Below are positions 16,841-27,454 of a stretch of 64,000 bases of DNA, in pieces. The stretch covers positions 186,001-250,000 of the IMG/VR virus record IMGVR_UViG_3300044846_005229. One strand, written 5' to 3'. The notes beneath the pieces were generated by a model. It saw only the letters and a program-made list of their open reading frames with translations, was not told the DNA's origin and did no database searches. A program made the translations under genes and the position numbers. Numbering within the stretch: the stretch's first letter is position 1; each line of letters begins with the position of its first letter.

Positions 16841-17773
16841 TCACGCCAATAGTTCCTGGCGGACTTCTTCCCTTAACGCTGCGATTTTGCCAAGAGCAGA
16901 AGTGTAAGCAGAACGAGAAGTTTTCACGGGTGAAATACCCGACACCACCCTATAAATATCATCAAGGTCGCTAAGCACTTCTCCAGCATTTTTCAGATTT
17001 GGCTTAGTTCTGTGCTTCGCAATGAATAGTTTTACTCCGGTTTCTACTCGCTTCTGGAGCCGTTCCTTTTCGTGCTTGCACTGCTCTAACGTACCGATGA
17101 AAGCATTGGCACGAGAATAATCCATATCGTTAAACCCTAGGTAAATACCATCGATCTGTGCGAATCGAATCCCAGATTGGGTACTTCCACCCAGAGTGTA
17201 GGTTAGCTCACGGGATTCACAATAAGCCTTAAACTCTCGAACCGAAATTGCAAGGCGATCTAGAGAGTATAAGTGTGCCTTAGAGACCATTCCGGGTGCG
17301 TTCCATAGGCTCCGGATATCAGGATCTCCAGAATTCGTTCTAATCTCAGTCAGTTCGACTGTTACAGGCTCTCTTTCGAATTTGTCCTCAGTATAAACTG
17401 GAGTCCAGGTTTTGAGGAAACGTCTATAGGAGAACTCCTGGTCAAGATCCGAAAAAGAATAACAATCGCTGTACTCGCTGTCTTCTGTAGCTCCGACTAA
17501 AAGCGAACTCTTTTCCGACGTATAGGATTCAACAGATTTAATCTCCCCCTGTTCATCCACGTAATGTGAAATTACGCCAGGGATTTTTCGGACGCTTTTG
17601 ATGCTTAATGGGTCTGAAACAACGAAAGTATTTGCACTTACTGGGACCCCGTCTACTTCCAGGCTGCGATAGTCTCTAGTAACAAGGTAGCTCCCCTCAT
17701 TAACAAGGTGGATGGCTTTTAGGTTTACGGTCATTGGTTTCGGGTTGGTGTTGTCGGGAGCCCTTGTCCACAA
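16841..17773 (-). CDS. hypothetical protein (start probably MTVNLK)
   Basis: 310-aa ORF after a promoter. Confidence 0.75.
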   Translation of the reverse strand: MWTRAPDNTNPKPMTVNLKAIHLVNEGSYLVTRDYRSLEVDGVPVSANTFVVSDPLSIKSVRKIPGVISHYVDEQGEIKSVESYTSEKSSLLVGATEDSEYSDCYSFSDLDQEFSYRRFLKTWTPVYTEDKFEREPVTVELTEIRTNSGDPDIRSLWNAPGMVSKAHLYSLDRLAISVREFKAYCESRELTYTLGGSTQSGIRFAQIDGIYLGFNDMDYSRANAFIGTLEQCKHEKERLQKRVETGVKLFIAKHRTKPNLKNAGEVLSDLDDIYRVVSGISPVKTSRSAYTSALGKIAALREEVRQELLA

Positions 17774-17875
17774 TGGTCGGGGCTTTTCTTCGGAGTTTCC
17801 CCAAGTATAGGGCTTTTTCTTTGCTAAGCAAAGGGCGGTTAACCGCCCTCAGGGCAACGCGAAGAGTTGGGGGAT

Positions 17876-18187
17876 TTATTCAACGTCTAATTTGTATATA
17901 TTGTTTAAAATAACGCTAACATCAATTTCTTCTTCTGGCTCATCTTCCCCGTCAACCCGAAAGTAATCATAGTAATTCTCTAGATATGTGGCCAAGTCTT
18001 CCAGTGCCTCTTCCATCGTATGGAATCCAAACCATTTCGACTCATGGTGTCTTCTCGCAAGGTTCGAAGAAGGATTCAACTGCCAAGTCCACCGTTCCCA
18101 CCATTCACCCTCATCTCTTTTCGGAGCGTTGGAAATTGTGAAGGTGTAACCGGGTGGAAAAATATCGTAGAAGCGGTTTAGGTTCAT
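17876..18187 (-). CDS. hypothetical protein
   Basis: ORF in array. Confidence 0.65.
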   Translation of the reverse strand: MNLNRFYDIFPPGYTFTISNAPKRDEGEWWERWTWQLNPSSNLARRHHESKWFGFHTMEEALEDLATYLENYYDYFRVDGEDEPEEEIDVSVILNNIYKLDVE

Positions 18188-18205
18188 TGTTTGTCTTCAG
18201 TTACC

Positions 18206-18520
18206 TTACGAGTCAATTACAGGATACAGCAGTTTTAAGGTGTTTTCCGCGCCCCAACTTTGTATTAGGGGCCCACACTTACGTTCTGTCAGTTTCCGTT
18301 TGTCCCTGTTGTAAACCTTAAAGCATTGCACCATAGCGTAACCTGGTGCGCCGGGATGAGGGAAGTATTCCTCAACAATTTCAAAAAGTTCAAAGTCCAG
18401 GTCATCATTTTTAGTAAAGTAGCATATATGTTTCGTCTTTAATGGAGGATCATTAGTGTTTACAAAATAAACATGTGTTTGCTCTTCGTTATTCTCTGTA
18501 ACTTGTTTACGGTCAGTCAT
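18206..18520 (-). CDS. hypothetical protein
   Basis: First ORF after a promoter. Confidence 0.65.
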   Translation of the reverse strand: MTDRKQVTENNEEQTHVYFVNTNDPPLKTKHICYFTKNDDLDFELFEIVEEYFPHPGAPGYAMVQCFKVYNRDKRKLTERKCGPLIQSWGAENTLKLLYPVIDS

Positions 18521-19070
18521 TGTTAGCGATCAGAAAAGTCGGGAGTATCCAAATAAGTATAGCGGCATTGTAGACCTATGGCAAGGGCGGTTAACCGTCC
18601 TGATCCCCTCTTTTACTTTCTGGGGCCGACCGCAGACCCAAACTTATTGTAAGTCTTGACATCGACTCAAGGTCTTCACGACATCTTTTAGTTCTAAAAT
18701 TTCCAGTGAGTCTACCCGTGTGCCACCCCACTCATTAATGTAAACTTTGTGGTGATCCCCGTCATTGTAACAACGGATCGTGGATTCCCCCGTCTTTAAC
18801 CAGTGGGCAGTGTCTTCGAGCCACTCTCCGAATTTTTGCCCCAGGGTTTCAAACATAATGGCAACTAGAAGGAATCCAAATCAATACAATCGTCTAAAAT
18901 CAGTTCCTCAGGTAACAACCCCTTAGCAACAACCTCCTGATGGTCTATGCAACGATCAAAAGCCAAGGGCCTTGCCTTGTAACAATCCCATAACAACAGA
19001 TTCCGAAACCATTCACCCGGTCGCATGTCTAGTTTGGTTGCGATTTCAGGCGTTATCTTCTGGATTGGTA

Positions 19071-19463
19071 TCACAATGACTGGTTCAAGAATTTTCTCAG
19101 TAGGTCAACCCACAGATTGTCCTTAGGGTCATTAAAGTCAAAGTCAATCTCAACATAACCTAATTTACTACTGGGTAGTATAGCGTGAAACCATCCTGTT
19201 TTTTCTGGGGAAATGTCCAAGCTGGGTTGGAGCCCCGGCAGAAACCATTCCAGGACTAATCCGCCCTCAAACATCTTTATAAATAAGGTCGGGTAATCCA
19301 GCCCAGGAAAATTTTCTTTGTAAAAGTCAAAGAACCAACCTTCAAACCAATCTAGCAACTCGACTGTTGGGGCTTTCCCCTCGCCATCCCGCCACCCATC
19401 TCGCAATGAGCGGACCCTAAGTAGGTTGGCTTTGAATTTGCTTTCGGTTTTTGCTTCAATCAT
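19071..19463 (-). CDS. hypothetical protein
   Basis: L..L.DGW.DG.G.AP motif; coupled overlap. Confidence 0.65.
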   Translation of the reverse strand: MIEAKTESKFKANLLRVRSLRDGWRDGEGKAPTVELLDWFEGWFFDFYKENFPGLDYPTLFIKMFEGGLVLEWFLPGLQPSLDISPEKTGWFHAILPSSKLGYVEIDFDFNDPKDNLWVDLLRKFLNQSL

Positions 19464-20717
19464 AGTAGTTTAAGGGGAAGCCAGATTCAATCGTCAAGAA
19501 ATGCAGCCAAAACCAGGGCCAAGTGATGTGGCCGGTAAGTTCCAGACCGATAAACAAAACAGTAAGCAAACCAGAGAATCCAATCCCTGAAGAAGATGAT
19601 GATGACATTTGTGTGCGGCGGCGAGAACGGTAGGACATTTGGTGTTCTAAGAGGTAAAATCATTTGAAGTTTTCAAGTTTTCGGACAGGGAGATAATTTG
19701 ATTTTATCACCGGTGTCCTGCCCCAACCCCAACCTCTTCACTGCTTGAATGATTTCTGCAGTTTTATCGTTGACTTCGGAAAGGCTGAACCGGCCATCAA
19801 ACAAGATATCTTGAATCGCGGACTCTAGACTACCCCAAGTTGGGAGGCTACGTGTACTAAGAAAGGACTTTTTTGGGCCCAATCGTTGTACTCCTGGATA
19901 GTTAAATCTGTTTCATTTTTGTAGGGGGAACCCAGATAATTGCCTGAATACTTGAGTAATAACTCGCTCATGTCAAGGGCAATTCGTTGTAAATCTCTCG
20001 TTTTTGTCATCGATTATTACCAACCCTTGAGGGCATCATTTACCCCTTTAATGAAACGTTGGTAATTAGCCTCAGTTTCGGATTCTGAATCAAAATTCAC
20101 TTCGACTTTTTCTCCATCTGATAATACGACCCAAACAAACCCTTTCAGGCTGCTGGTGCAGAAGTGATGGGAAACTCTCTTAACATCTTTCGCTGATACT
20201 GCTTTATTTCCGATTGTGATTAGCATGGTTTTGTGTTTTAGTTAGTTAGTTAAGTGAAGCTTTTTGTCCGTCGGTCTGTTGGTGGCTAGTCTTCGGTGTT
20301 GTTTGGGGGACCGTTTTAGGCAACATCACCATTGGTAACATTCCCGATGTCATTAACTTTAAGGCAATTGCCTTGGCATGGGCATTCATAGATTTCATTT
20401 TCCATGGGTCGCCCAGCTCTGAGGTCACCTATGTAACAACAAGCTTCTCCCATTATGGTTGCCATTTCTGGCATCAACTCATCGTGATAATCTCCTAAGC
20501 AATCTTGAGCGGCTTTACAGGAAGGCAACCAGGACCAAAGATCGAAAGCTCTGTCTTGTCTTTCCTCCAATTGTTTGGAGAACCTAATTAAATCGTTTTC
20601 GAGTGACATTTTGATTGGGTGTAGGGTAGCTAAGGGGGTATGGACCCACACCCAGTATAGGAGACCCTAAGGCAAGTGACTAGTGGTGAAAACCGAACAT
20701 GCCACCCTGGCCCATAC

Positions 20718-21014
20718 CTAACTATATTTAGCGGGGGGCACCAGATTTGTCAAATCTGCAGGCAGTAGTTCTATCATATAGATTGAATTCCGGAGGATAA
20801 ACGGATTCAGCACAATTGCATTACCTTTTTCATCTTGCAAGGTATATGAGTTATCTTCCTTATGGCATCCATCCCCTAGCTCTTCCAACTCTGTGGTTAA
20901 GACTTCGTACCTCTCCCTGGAATAAGGCTCGTGTCTTGTTGCGATGATTCCGAAATCTTTTGTAATAATTTTTACTCTCATTTTGCTTGTGGGTGTGGAT
21001 TCAGTTGTTGTCAA
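20718..21014 (-). CDS. hypothetical protein
   Basis: ATGA-coupled to the upstream gene. Confidence 0.6.
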   Translation of the reverse strand: MTTTESTPTSKMRVKIITKDFGIIATRHEPYSRERYEVLTTELEELGDGCHKEDNSYTLQDEKGNAIVLNPFILRNSIYMIELLPADLTNLVPPAKYS

Positions 21015-21859
21015 TCTTCGTCGTTATCGCTGCCATCGGTATCGTACCAGCTATCGTCCCCATCGGTATCATCCTCGATGTCATCATCCCCATCGGCATC
21101 ATCATCACCACCGGTACCGTACCAGCCATCGTCCCCATCGGTATCTTCCTCGATATCGTCATCATCACTACCGGCATCATCATCATCATCAGCATCCCTA
21201 AGTCTCAAAACTCTGGCTGATCTATAATTGAAGGTCTTGTTGGGGTCCCCACCTAATTTTTTCATCCTGTTATATTGAGCTTCAATCTCACCAAATTCTA
21301 CCATTTTAGCCAACAAGTATAGCCTCTCACAAGAGGAAATAAAAGTAGTGGCCGACCCGCAGAGGTAAGTCAAACGGGCTTCTTCCATAATTTTTTCTTT
21401 ATCATCGGGGTTATCATCGAGCCAAACAAGCATCTTTTTATATGCGTCTTTGCTATTCTTGTGCCATATCTTACTAGATGTTTTTTCCTTCCCTTTCCAA
21501 GACGGCGATGGAACTTCTAGCCAATCTGGATATTCCCCTATGAAGCGACTTCGGACGATTCTGGTGATGCTTTGAGTATGCCTGGCCCCGGAAATTACCC
21601 TAATCTCTTCAATCAAGTCCTTGGCATCTTGAAATTCCTTGAATAGCTTTTTAAGACTCCTCATTGCATTAGGGTAGTTATCACTCCCCATTGCTTCGGT
21701 GAAGGCATCAAGCTTTTCTTTGTACCGGGCAAGGAGTTTAAATCTGGATTGTATTACCCTGATAGCATTAATTAGAAGCTTAGTGTCGGTTAGCTTCATT
21801 AGTTCGTCTTGAACTTCAAGGAGATAAGTCCTTGAGTATTTCATATTTTGTAACGTCAT
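21011..21859 (-). CDS. hypothetical protein with Asp-rich low-complexity C-terminal tail
   Basis: Last ~60 aa mostly D/G, built from an internal duplication (DDIE(E/D)DTDGDD.WY.T). Confidence 0.7.
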   Translation of the reverse strand: MTLQNMKYSRTYLLEVQDELMKLTDTKLLINAIRVIQSRFKLLARYKEKLDAFTEAMGSDNYPNAMRSLKKLFKEFQDAKDLIEEIRVISGARHTQSITRIVRSRFIGEYPDWLEVPSPSWKGKEKTSSKIWHKNSKDAYKKMLVWLDDNPDDKEKIMEEARLTYLCGSATTFISSCERLYLLAKMVEFGEIEAQYNRMKKLGGDPNKTFNYRSARVLRLRDADDDDDAGSDDDDIEEDTDGDDGWYGTGGDDDADGDDDIEDDTDGDDSWYDTDGSDNDED

Positions 21860-21999
21860 TTTGTTTCGTAGTAGTTTTTGTTTAAGGGGATTTTACTGCT
21901 TAGATTTTACCCCTTGCTATTGGGTTAATTGCTGTTGGGCCGAATAGGATACAGGCTGACTCTCGCCTGAGTAAGATGTTCGTCATGTGTCCAAATAGT

Positions 22000-22356
22000 T
22001 CAATCCCCGTGCCCATCACCCAATCGACTCTCAAGTAGACGCTTTATGGTATCTCCATGACAACGCTTCGGGGCGCAATGGCAGATTAGCTCTAGTGTTT
22101 GAACTTCGGGATTTCTAGCAATTGCAAGCAACTGCTGAAATTGGGTTAATTCTGCCCCTCTCTGTAACAATTTAGGTGGCAACCATTGCTCATAGGAATC
22201 ACAGACTCGGTCCCTTTCTGCTTGGCTATAGTTAGCCATTACGAACGGGTTCCCTAAAGATGTGCTGCGGTCTATCGCCACCCTGACGGTACCTTTAGGC
22301 GGTGCTAAGGGTCTTCCGCTAATGCGGCTTTTATTGACTACTTTGATTTCAGCCAT
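22000..22356 (-). CDS. DUF4326 domain protein
   Basis: IDRSTSLGNPF...RDRVC..Y..WL...L.CHCAPKRCHGD. Confidence 0.85.
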   Translation of the reverse strand: MAEIKVVNKSRISGRPLAPPKGTVRVAIDRSTSLGNPFVMANYSQAERDRVCDSYEQWLPPKLLQRGAELTQFQQLLAIARNPEVQTLELICHCAPKRCHGDTIKRLLESRLGDGHGD

Positions 22357-22830
22357 TTATGCTATGTGTTGAAAAGAACTAGGAGTGGCTACCAACAATC
22401 CCTTAAACTCACGATTGGGTGGGCAATATCGTTTTGTCAAGTCTTTGGGGTCTCCCTCATCGTAGGTAACCTTGTTACCCTCTTCATCCATCAATTTCTC
22501 AACGAATACGTGACCATTACGGACACTCTGAATAAGGTAAACAGAGTGGGTTTGAATGAATACCGATTTAAGATTGGGGAAACATACTACCATTCGCTCA
22601 GGAATAGCCCTCAGTTCTAGCATGTTTGCCCATCGCTCGGGGTACTCAAGGTCGAATTCTTCTACGGTGAGATCCACTTCGCATTTGTCAAACATCTGCT
22701 CAAGGATGTTCTTTCCACGGTATTGAAACATGTATGAAATACTGTCTCGGAGGTTCGGACGAGTAGCTACTTGAACTGTGAAGTCAATTTCTTCACCCTT
22801 CGAGTTGAGATAGTGTTGTGATTTGGTCAT
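22357..22830 (-). CDS. hypothetical protein
   Basis: ORF abutting the DUF4326 gene. Confidence 0.7.
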   Translation of the reverse strand: MTKSQHYLNSKGEEIDFTVQVATRPNLRDSISYMFQYRGKNILEQMFDKCEVDLTVEEFDLEYPERWANMLELRAIPERMVVCFPNLKSVFIQTHSVYLIQSVRNGHVFVEKLMDEEGNKVTYDEGDPKDLTKRYCPPNREFKGLLVATPSSFQHIA

Positions 22831-22843
22831 TTTTGCTAATGGG

Positions 22844-23059
22844 TTAATTGCTGTTGGGACGAATAGGATACAGGCTGACTCTTACTGTGTACCACTGATG
22901 GTGGGTCAATGTCCAAATGTCCCAATCAGCGTACCCAACACGGTAAGACTTACCATCCAGAGTTAGGAAGCTATCTCTTGCGGGGATCGCGGGGAGTTCC
23001 ACTTCGCTACAGATATAAGAATTACCATCGTCAGCGTTTGTGAATTGAATTAGAATTAT
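22844..23059 (-). CDS. 71-aa paralog of 23110-23325 with ATA in place of the start codon (non-canonical start or pseudogene)
   Basis: IILIQFTNADDGN...AIPARDSFLTLDGKSYRVGYADWDI aligns with MYEITFTNAHLGN...AIPAKGSTLALDQRHYRVGDAHWDI; same length. Confidence 0.65.
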   Translation of the reverse strand: MILIQFTNADDGNSYICSEVELPAIPARDSFLTLDGKSYRVGYADWDIWTLTHHQWYTVRVSLYPIRPNSN

Positions 23060-23109
23060 TTTGTGGTTGGTGGGGGTAGGTTGGTGCTATGGGGTTAGAA
23101 ACCGGTGAG

Positions 23110-23325
23110 TCAATCCAAGGGGAACAACTCGATTGTCACGGTGATGTTTGCCCCCATCTTGAACTTCTCAAAGCCAATATCCCAATGTGCATCACCGACA
23201 CGATAGTGTCTTTGATCCAGGGCTAACGTGCTGCCTTTTGCGGGAATAGCGTTCATCACTACCCGGTAGTCACATTCGATGACTTTATTTCCGAGGTGGG
23301 CGTTTGTGAATGTGATTTCGTACAT
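23110..23325 (-). CDS. small hypothetical protein
   Basis: Paralog of 22844-23059. Confidence 0.65.
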   Translation of the reverse strand: MYEITFTNAHLGNKVIECDYRVVMNAIPAKGSTLALDQRHYRVGDAHWDIGFEKFKMGANITVTIELFPLD

Positions 23326-23453
23326 TTTTTTGGGTAGAGTAGAGTAATTTTCAGACTGATTCAGTGGGGCTATAGCCTTTGACGTAGGTTGACATTGACA
23401 TTTTGTTGGGGAGTTGTTGGGTGTAGTGAGCAGAGTTTGAAGGTTTCAGGAAT

Positions 23454-23759
23454 TCAGCGGGGGACGTGTTCCCTCTTATCAAGTTCTGCCTTGAGGTTGT
23501 CTCTTAAGAATATGAGGTCCCTAACCTGTGAAGCTCGGTACAGGGGGTTAGGCCGGTAAATTCCTAGTTCATTCAATACTTGCTTGGGTATTATCGCAGT
23601 TTCAGGATAACCCTCCAGGCCCTTTTTGTGGACTTCATAGGCATTCCAATCCCAATCATGAAGCACGCTGAGCTGGCCACTAACCATTCGAAATACCTTA
23701 AGCAGCCTGGGTGTAGGTAGCTTCAAGAGGTAGTCTAGATTGTTGTTGTTTGGGTTCAT
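23454..23759 (-). CDS. hypothetical protein
   Basis: ORF in array. Confidence 0.65.
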   Translation of the reverse strand: MNPNNNNLDYLLKLPTPRLLKVFRMVSGQLSVLHDWDWNAYEVHKKGLEGYPETAIIPKQVLNELGIYRPNPLYRASQVRDLIFLRDNLKAELDKREHVPR

Positions 23760-23840
23760 AGTTTCGTTGGGCTCACAGGGTAAGGAATCCAGGGATTAAT
23801 CCAGGGGTCATCAACCCAGAGAAATCAATTCGGGGCCATC

Positions 23841-24950
23841 CTACCGGATCCCAAGCAGTTTGTCAAGTTGTTGGGGCCGTAGGTCTGCTAGCCACTGCCG
23901 GAAGGTAGGGTACCTGCCGGAGCGTATTGCGAAACAGGCTGCCGATACTGAGGGGGCATCTTTGAGAATTGCAATGGCGAATTCCTTTTGCGTTAAGGCT
24001 CCATACTTAAGAAGCAGAGTCTCACATAAAGATTGCATCGCGGGGATAGCAGAGTCTAGATGAATCGAAAACTTGTCTCTATATTCTGGAAAGTGCAATA
24101 GAAACTCATCTAAATCGTCACTAAGAAACAATTCCGAAAAGTCTGGGTCGCCATTGTTCCATGCCCGGTGTAGTTGGCAGTATAATCTAGACTTAATCTT
24201 AACCCTTCCAACCCCATCAAACAATACATAACCTTCATGATTTGAATCTCGCTTTTCAACTTTGGTAAGTACAGAGTCAAGGTCACTGAATTCGTAAGAT
24301 GGGGCCACCACATAGCCATACCACCCAAACTCTTCCAGATCACACTCTTCGAAGTCCTGATCTCGGTCTCGTACTGCTAGTAAGGGAAGTTTGGGCGCAT
24401 CGTAGTTAATAACATCTTTATTATCTAGGTGACATAACTCAAAGATGTAGCAAATTGACGGGTCTAGGCATTCCTTTAAGTACCCTACTTTTTCGAATAC
24501 ATCCCAGAATAATTCATCAAAGGTTTTTTTAGTTTTTCCTACTAGGCCATCCCCTGCTACTGAACCAGAAGTTGAAACGAGCCATTGCCCCCTATACTCA
24601 AACAATTTAATTAAGGAGCCGGAAAATTTCTCATAAACCTTGGTGCGAGACCAATCTAACTGATGGCAATGGCCCTCACCAATGTTAAAGAATCTATCGA
24701 ACGCATATGCAACCAGGCGGTAATACGGCGAGTGATCCCCATCGTTATCAACACGCTCGACCACAGCACCACGGCAGGCACAAACCAGCGGATTTGATTT
24801 GGATGCTAAAATCGTCCCATATTTCAAATTAAAAAGGTTCGGATACCTCTCATCGCGAGTAACACGAATGTCATACTCGGCCAGCTCGTCCAGGGCATTG
24901 TAACCCCGCTCGTTAAGCCAGTCAATCAAGTAGTGGCGCAAGTTTTCCAT
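23841..24950 (-). CDS. T4 Rnl1-like RNA ligase with motif I variant KFSGS
   Basis: CRG, FDRFFN.GE, YEKFSGSL, IFEL, EGYV, RVKIKS..Y pattern of Rnl1 family. Confidence 0.85.
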   Translation of the reverse strand: MENLRHYLIDWLNERGYNALDELAEYDIRVTRDERYPNLFNLKYGTILASKSNPLVCACRGAVVERVDNDGDHSPYYRLVAYAFDRFFNIGEGHCHQLDWSRTKVYEKFSGSLIKLFEYRGQWLVSTSGSVAGDGLVGKTKKTFDELFWDVFEKVGYLKECLDPSICYIFELCHLDNKDVINYDAPKLPLLAVRDRDQDFEECDLEEFGWYGYVVAPSYEFSDLDSVLTKVEKRDSNHEGYVLFDGVGRVKIKSRLYCQLHRAWNNGDPDFSELFLSDDLDEFLLHFPEYRDKFSIHLDSAIPAMQSLCETLLLKYGALTQKEFAIAILKDAPSVSAACFAIRSGRYPTFRQWLADLRPQQLDKLLGIR

Positions 24951-25137
24951 GGTTGTAGTATAGGTGGTTTTTTAGTTTGGTGATGCGGCTTACCGAATGA
25001 TGGTCAGTCGTTGGGGACCAGTTTGCCGTACTCGTCATGTTGACACCTCCATAAGTCAACCGCCCACTCAACACTCAATCGGGTAGAAAACTTATTAAAG
25101 GCTTCGATGGCTTTAGAAGTGGTGGAAAGAGGGTAGG

Positions 25138-25782
25138 TCATGGGCTCGGTACAGTTCGCCTTACAGGGTAAGAACGCCAATTGGTTGCGAGAGTGGCCTT
25201 CTTTTCACCATTAACCATCAAATCCAGAGTCGTAGTGCCCTCATCGTCCCATGGACCGTCATACTCACGGCCGATAGCTAAAGTGGCTCGATGCTTATAG
25301 AGCACTTGCCCTAGGTCTTTTTTGAATTCGTCCAAGTTGAATCTTTCACTAGGTTTGTACACATCGGCCTTAACTTTACCTTCCTTAATAAGTTGATCCC
25401 AGTCGAGGCAATTATAGTTCACCTTTCGGGAAGAAAAGCACTTCCCCTGGAATCCAGACTCTTTGTACTTTTCCCTCCAAGTTGATTCCAAGTTAGTGAG
25501 ACGACGCTTACTACGGATTCTCCTTAGAGTGTAACAATAAGAAGAGGGGTCAGCAGAATTTGCCGCGTTCGGGTGCATCCAAATGTCTGTGACCACGTAC
25601 AGACCGGGCTCTACAGGTTGCTGCCGAAAGTGAAGGTAAGGGACTTGGGTCTCATACTTCCAACCATCCTTTGTTTTTACGCCTACAGCCGGTACTTGGA
25701 CGCTGTCTCCTAGTTTCAATAGGATAGCTTGTGTTACAGCTTCAGGAAGCGGTTCCATGGTTTTCGGGGAAGCGTCGTTCAT
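25138..25782 (-). CDS. hypothetical protein
   Basis: ORF in array. Confidence 0.65.
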   Translation of the reverse strand: MNDASPKTMEPLPEAVTQAILLKLGDSVQVPAVGVKTKDGWKYETQVPYLHFRQQPVEPGLYVVTDIWMHPNAANSADPSSYCYTLRRIRSKRRLTNLESTWREKYKESGFQGKCFSSRKVNYNCLDWDQLIKEGKVKADVYKPSERFNLDEFKKDLGQVLYKHRATLAIGREYDGPWDDEGTTTLDLMVNGEKKATLATNWRSYPVRRTVPSP

Positions 25783-25802
25783 AAACTAAGGGTACCGTCT
25801 CT

Positions 25803-26102
25803 TCAAGGGTCAGTCAGACCCAATGCCTCTTTCTCTTCTTTTGAGAGTTTCTTGAGGGCGGCCTGCCGGACTTTTTCCTTGTCGGATTCCAGCTCAACTA
25901 TGTCGTAATCGATTACGTTAACCGGTTTGATGTACCAGTCTCCGTACTGATTCAAAGACCATTTGCCCCTTTGCCCCATGACTCCAGGTTGCTCGTCGAT
26001 GTACCTCTCAGCATGTTGCCTGTGAAGGAAAGCGAGATCTGGAACCATTGGCCCCCTACCCTCGGTTTGATCAGCGTTGCGATAAGTTTGCCAGATTTGC
26101 AT
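25803..26102 (-). CDS. hypothetical protein with C-terminal AALKKLSKEEKEALGL motif
   Basis: First ORF after a promoter. Confidence 0.65.
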   Translation of the reverse strand: MQIWQTYRNADQTEGRGPMVPDLAFLHRQHAERYIDEQPGVMGQRGKWSLNQYGDWYIKPVNVIDYDIVELESDKEKVRQAALKKLSKEEKEALGLTDP

Positions 26103-26188
26103 TGGTTTGTGCGTTGTGGTGTTTACGAAATGATTATACCGCTTTTGCCTCTCACAAACAAGGGTCTAAACCGAAGGTTTAGGTTCGG

Positions 26189-26853
26189 TTAACCGCCCTC
26201 ACCGCAAATAGCTTCTTGAACTTCTGTGGGAAACATGGCGATTCTTTGTTGGTTAATTTCATCAAAGTCATATCCAGCAACTTTCGTGTCCCCATAGTGG
26301 AGCAACCAAAGGAAAGGTTGTTTGATCCATTTTTTTTCATAAAAATCCCCGCACCCCTGTAGTTGTCAAGACGGTGTTTAAAACCCTCCCGCGCATCAAA
26401 GTTTCCACACCAGACGTATTTACCGTTCGGCCCTTCAACTGCAGTACCACTAAAGCCACCCCCATATGAATTGTCACTAGCTGGCAAATAGTTAAAGAAT
26501 GCTTTGGCACCATTTAAAGATCCCCTAAAAGAATCATAAACCACCAAAATACCATCCTTCCAGTCAATAAACCATTCGTCTTCACTATTTGGAATGAATC
26601 CACTGGCAACCGATTTGAACCCCATACTATCCATTAAAACAACAAATTCAGCAAACTCCATCCCGTAGTAAGAGTCTTTGTTGGTCTTCAGTAGTTCTTT
26701 TTTCTTTTGATTGTTGTCAACTGCCAAAAGAAGTCCAATACTGGAAGTTGCTTCATCATGTTTGTAGCTGCGGCCTGTCATGATTTCAGCTTCTTGCAAG
26801 GGGTCAAATCCTGGAAGCTCGTCCAGGTTGTCGTTGGGGAACTGTTGGGTCAT
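26189..26853 (-). CDS. hypothetical protein, apparent frameshift in the T8 run at 26330-26337
   Basis: The alternative frame after the run gives WIKQPFLWLLHYGDTK...ICGEGG* ending at 26189. Confidence 0.6.
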
Positions 26854-26902
26854 TGACTTTTGGGGTACTGGTTTGTAAAAAAAGGGGGGGTCAAATCCAA
26901 GG

Positions 26903-27454
26903 TCATCCTACACTGACTGTCTCCTGGAGTCTATGGCGGTTAACCGCCCCCCAGATAGCTGCATTCCTAGCTGAGGATAACGCAACAGGGTTACGCGAAC
27001 TATTTCCACTACCATTAAACCACTTGCAACACTCAAGGTGAAAGTCCGGCTGATCCAGTGGAGAAGCTCCAATGTAGCCCCCAGATGAACGCCACTCAGG
27101 TTGGTTTCCGCAAAAGGGGCAATTCGTATTTTTCACACCTACGATTTCAAGTATCTTCCCGTTGAGGTGGGAAATGCCAACCGGAATTTCGGCCCATTCT
27201 ATCAAACCTTCTGGTAAGAGCAGGCTGTATCCGTCCCAGTAGTCGAATTCAGGAGAAATTACGTCTCTGTAACCAGCCCATCGAGCCCGTTGTTCCGCTG
27301 TGAAGATTAATGTAAAGGATTTACTTTTGTGAAGCATTCTCCAAATGTATCGGCCTTCGGGCGGTTTGCTTTTGGAGTAATCATGAAAGACCAACCCCTC
27401 AAGACCAGGTAGGTCAGACTTAGATTCAGGCATGGGGTGAGAGGTGTCGTTCAT
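26903..27454 (-). CDS. hypothetical protein with Lar-like Zn-ribbon C-terminus
   Basis: CPFCG.QP...CC.W...A..WN-like pattern. Confidence 0.5.
   Translation of the reverse strand: MNDTSHPMPESKSDLPGLEGLVFHDYSKSKPPEGRYIWRMLHKSKSFTLIFTAEQRARWAGYRDVISPEFDYWDGYSLLLPEGLIEWAEIPVGISHLNGKILEIVGVKNTNCPFCGNQPEWRSSGGYIGASPLDQPDFHLECCKWFNGSGNSSRNPVALSSARNAAIWGAVNRHRLQETVSVG

Noticed and set aside
20931-21227. His-, Ser- and Ile-rich plus-strand ORFs
   Set aside because: Reverse-frame reading of the GAT/GAC-rich Asp tail of 21011-21859
21914-22918. 50-bp repeat containing CAGCAA upstream of two genes, first considered a riboswitch or another CAGCAA module
   Set aside because: It is the 3' coding end of the ATA-start paralog (RVSLYPIRPNSN*) and its fossil copy; the module's helix consensus is absent
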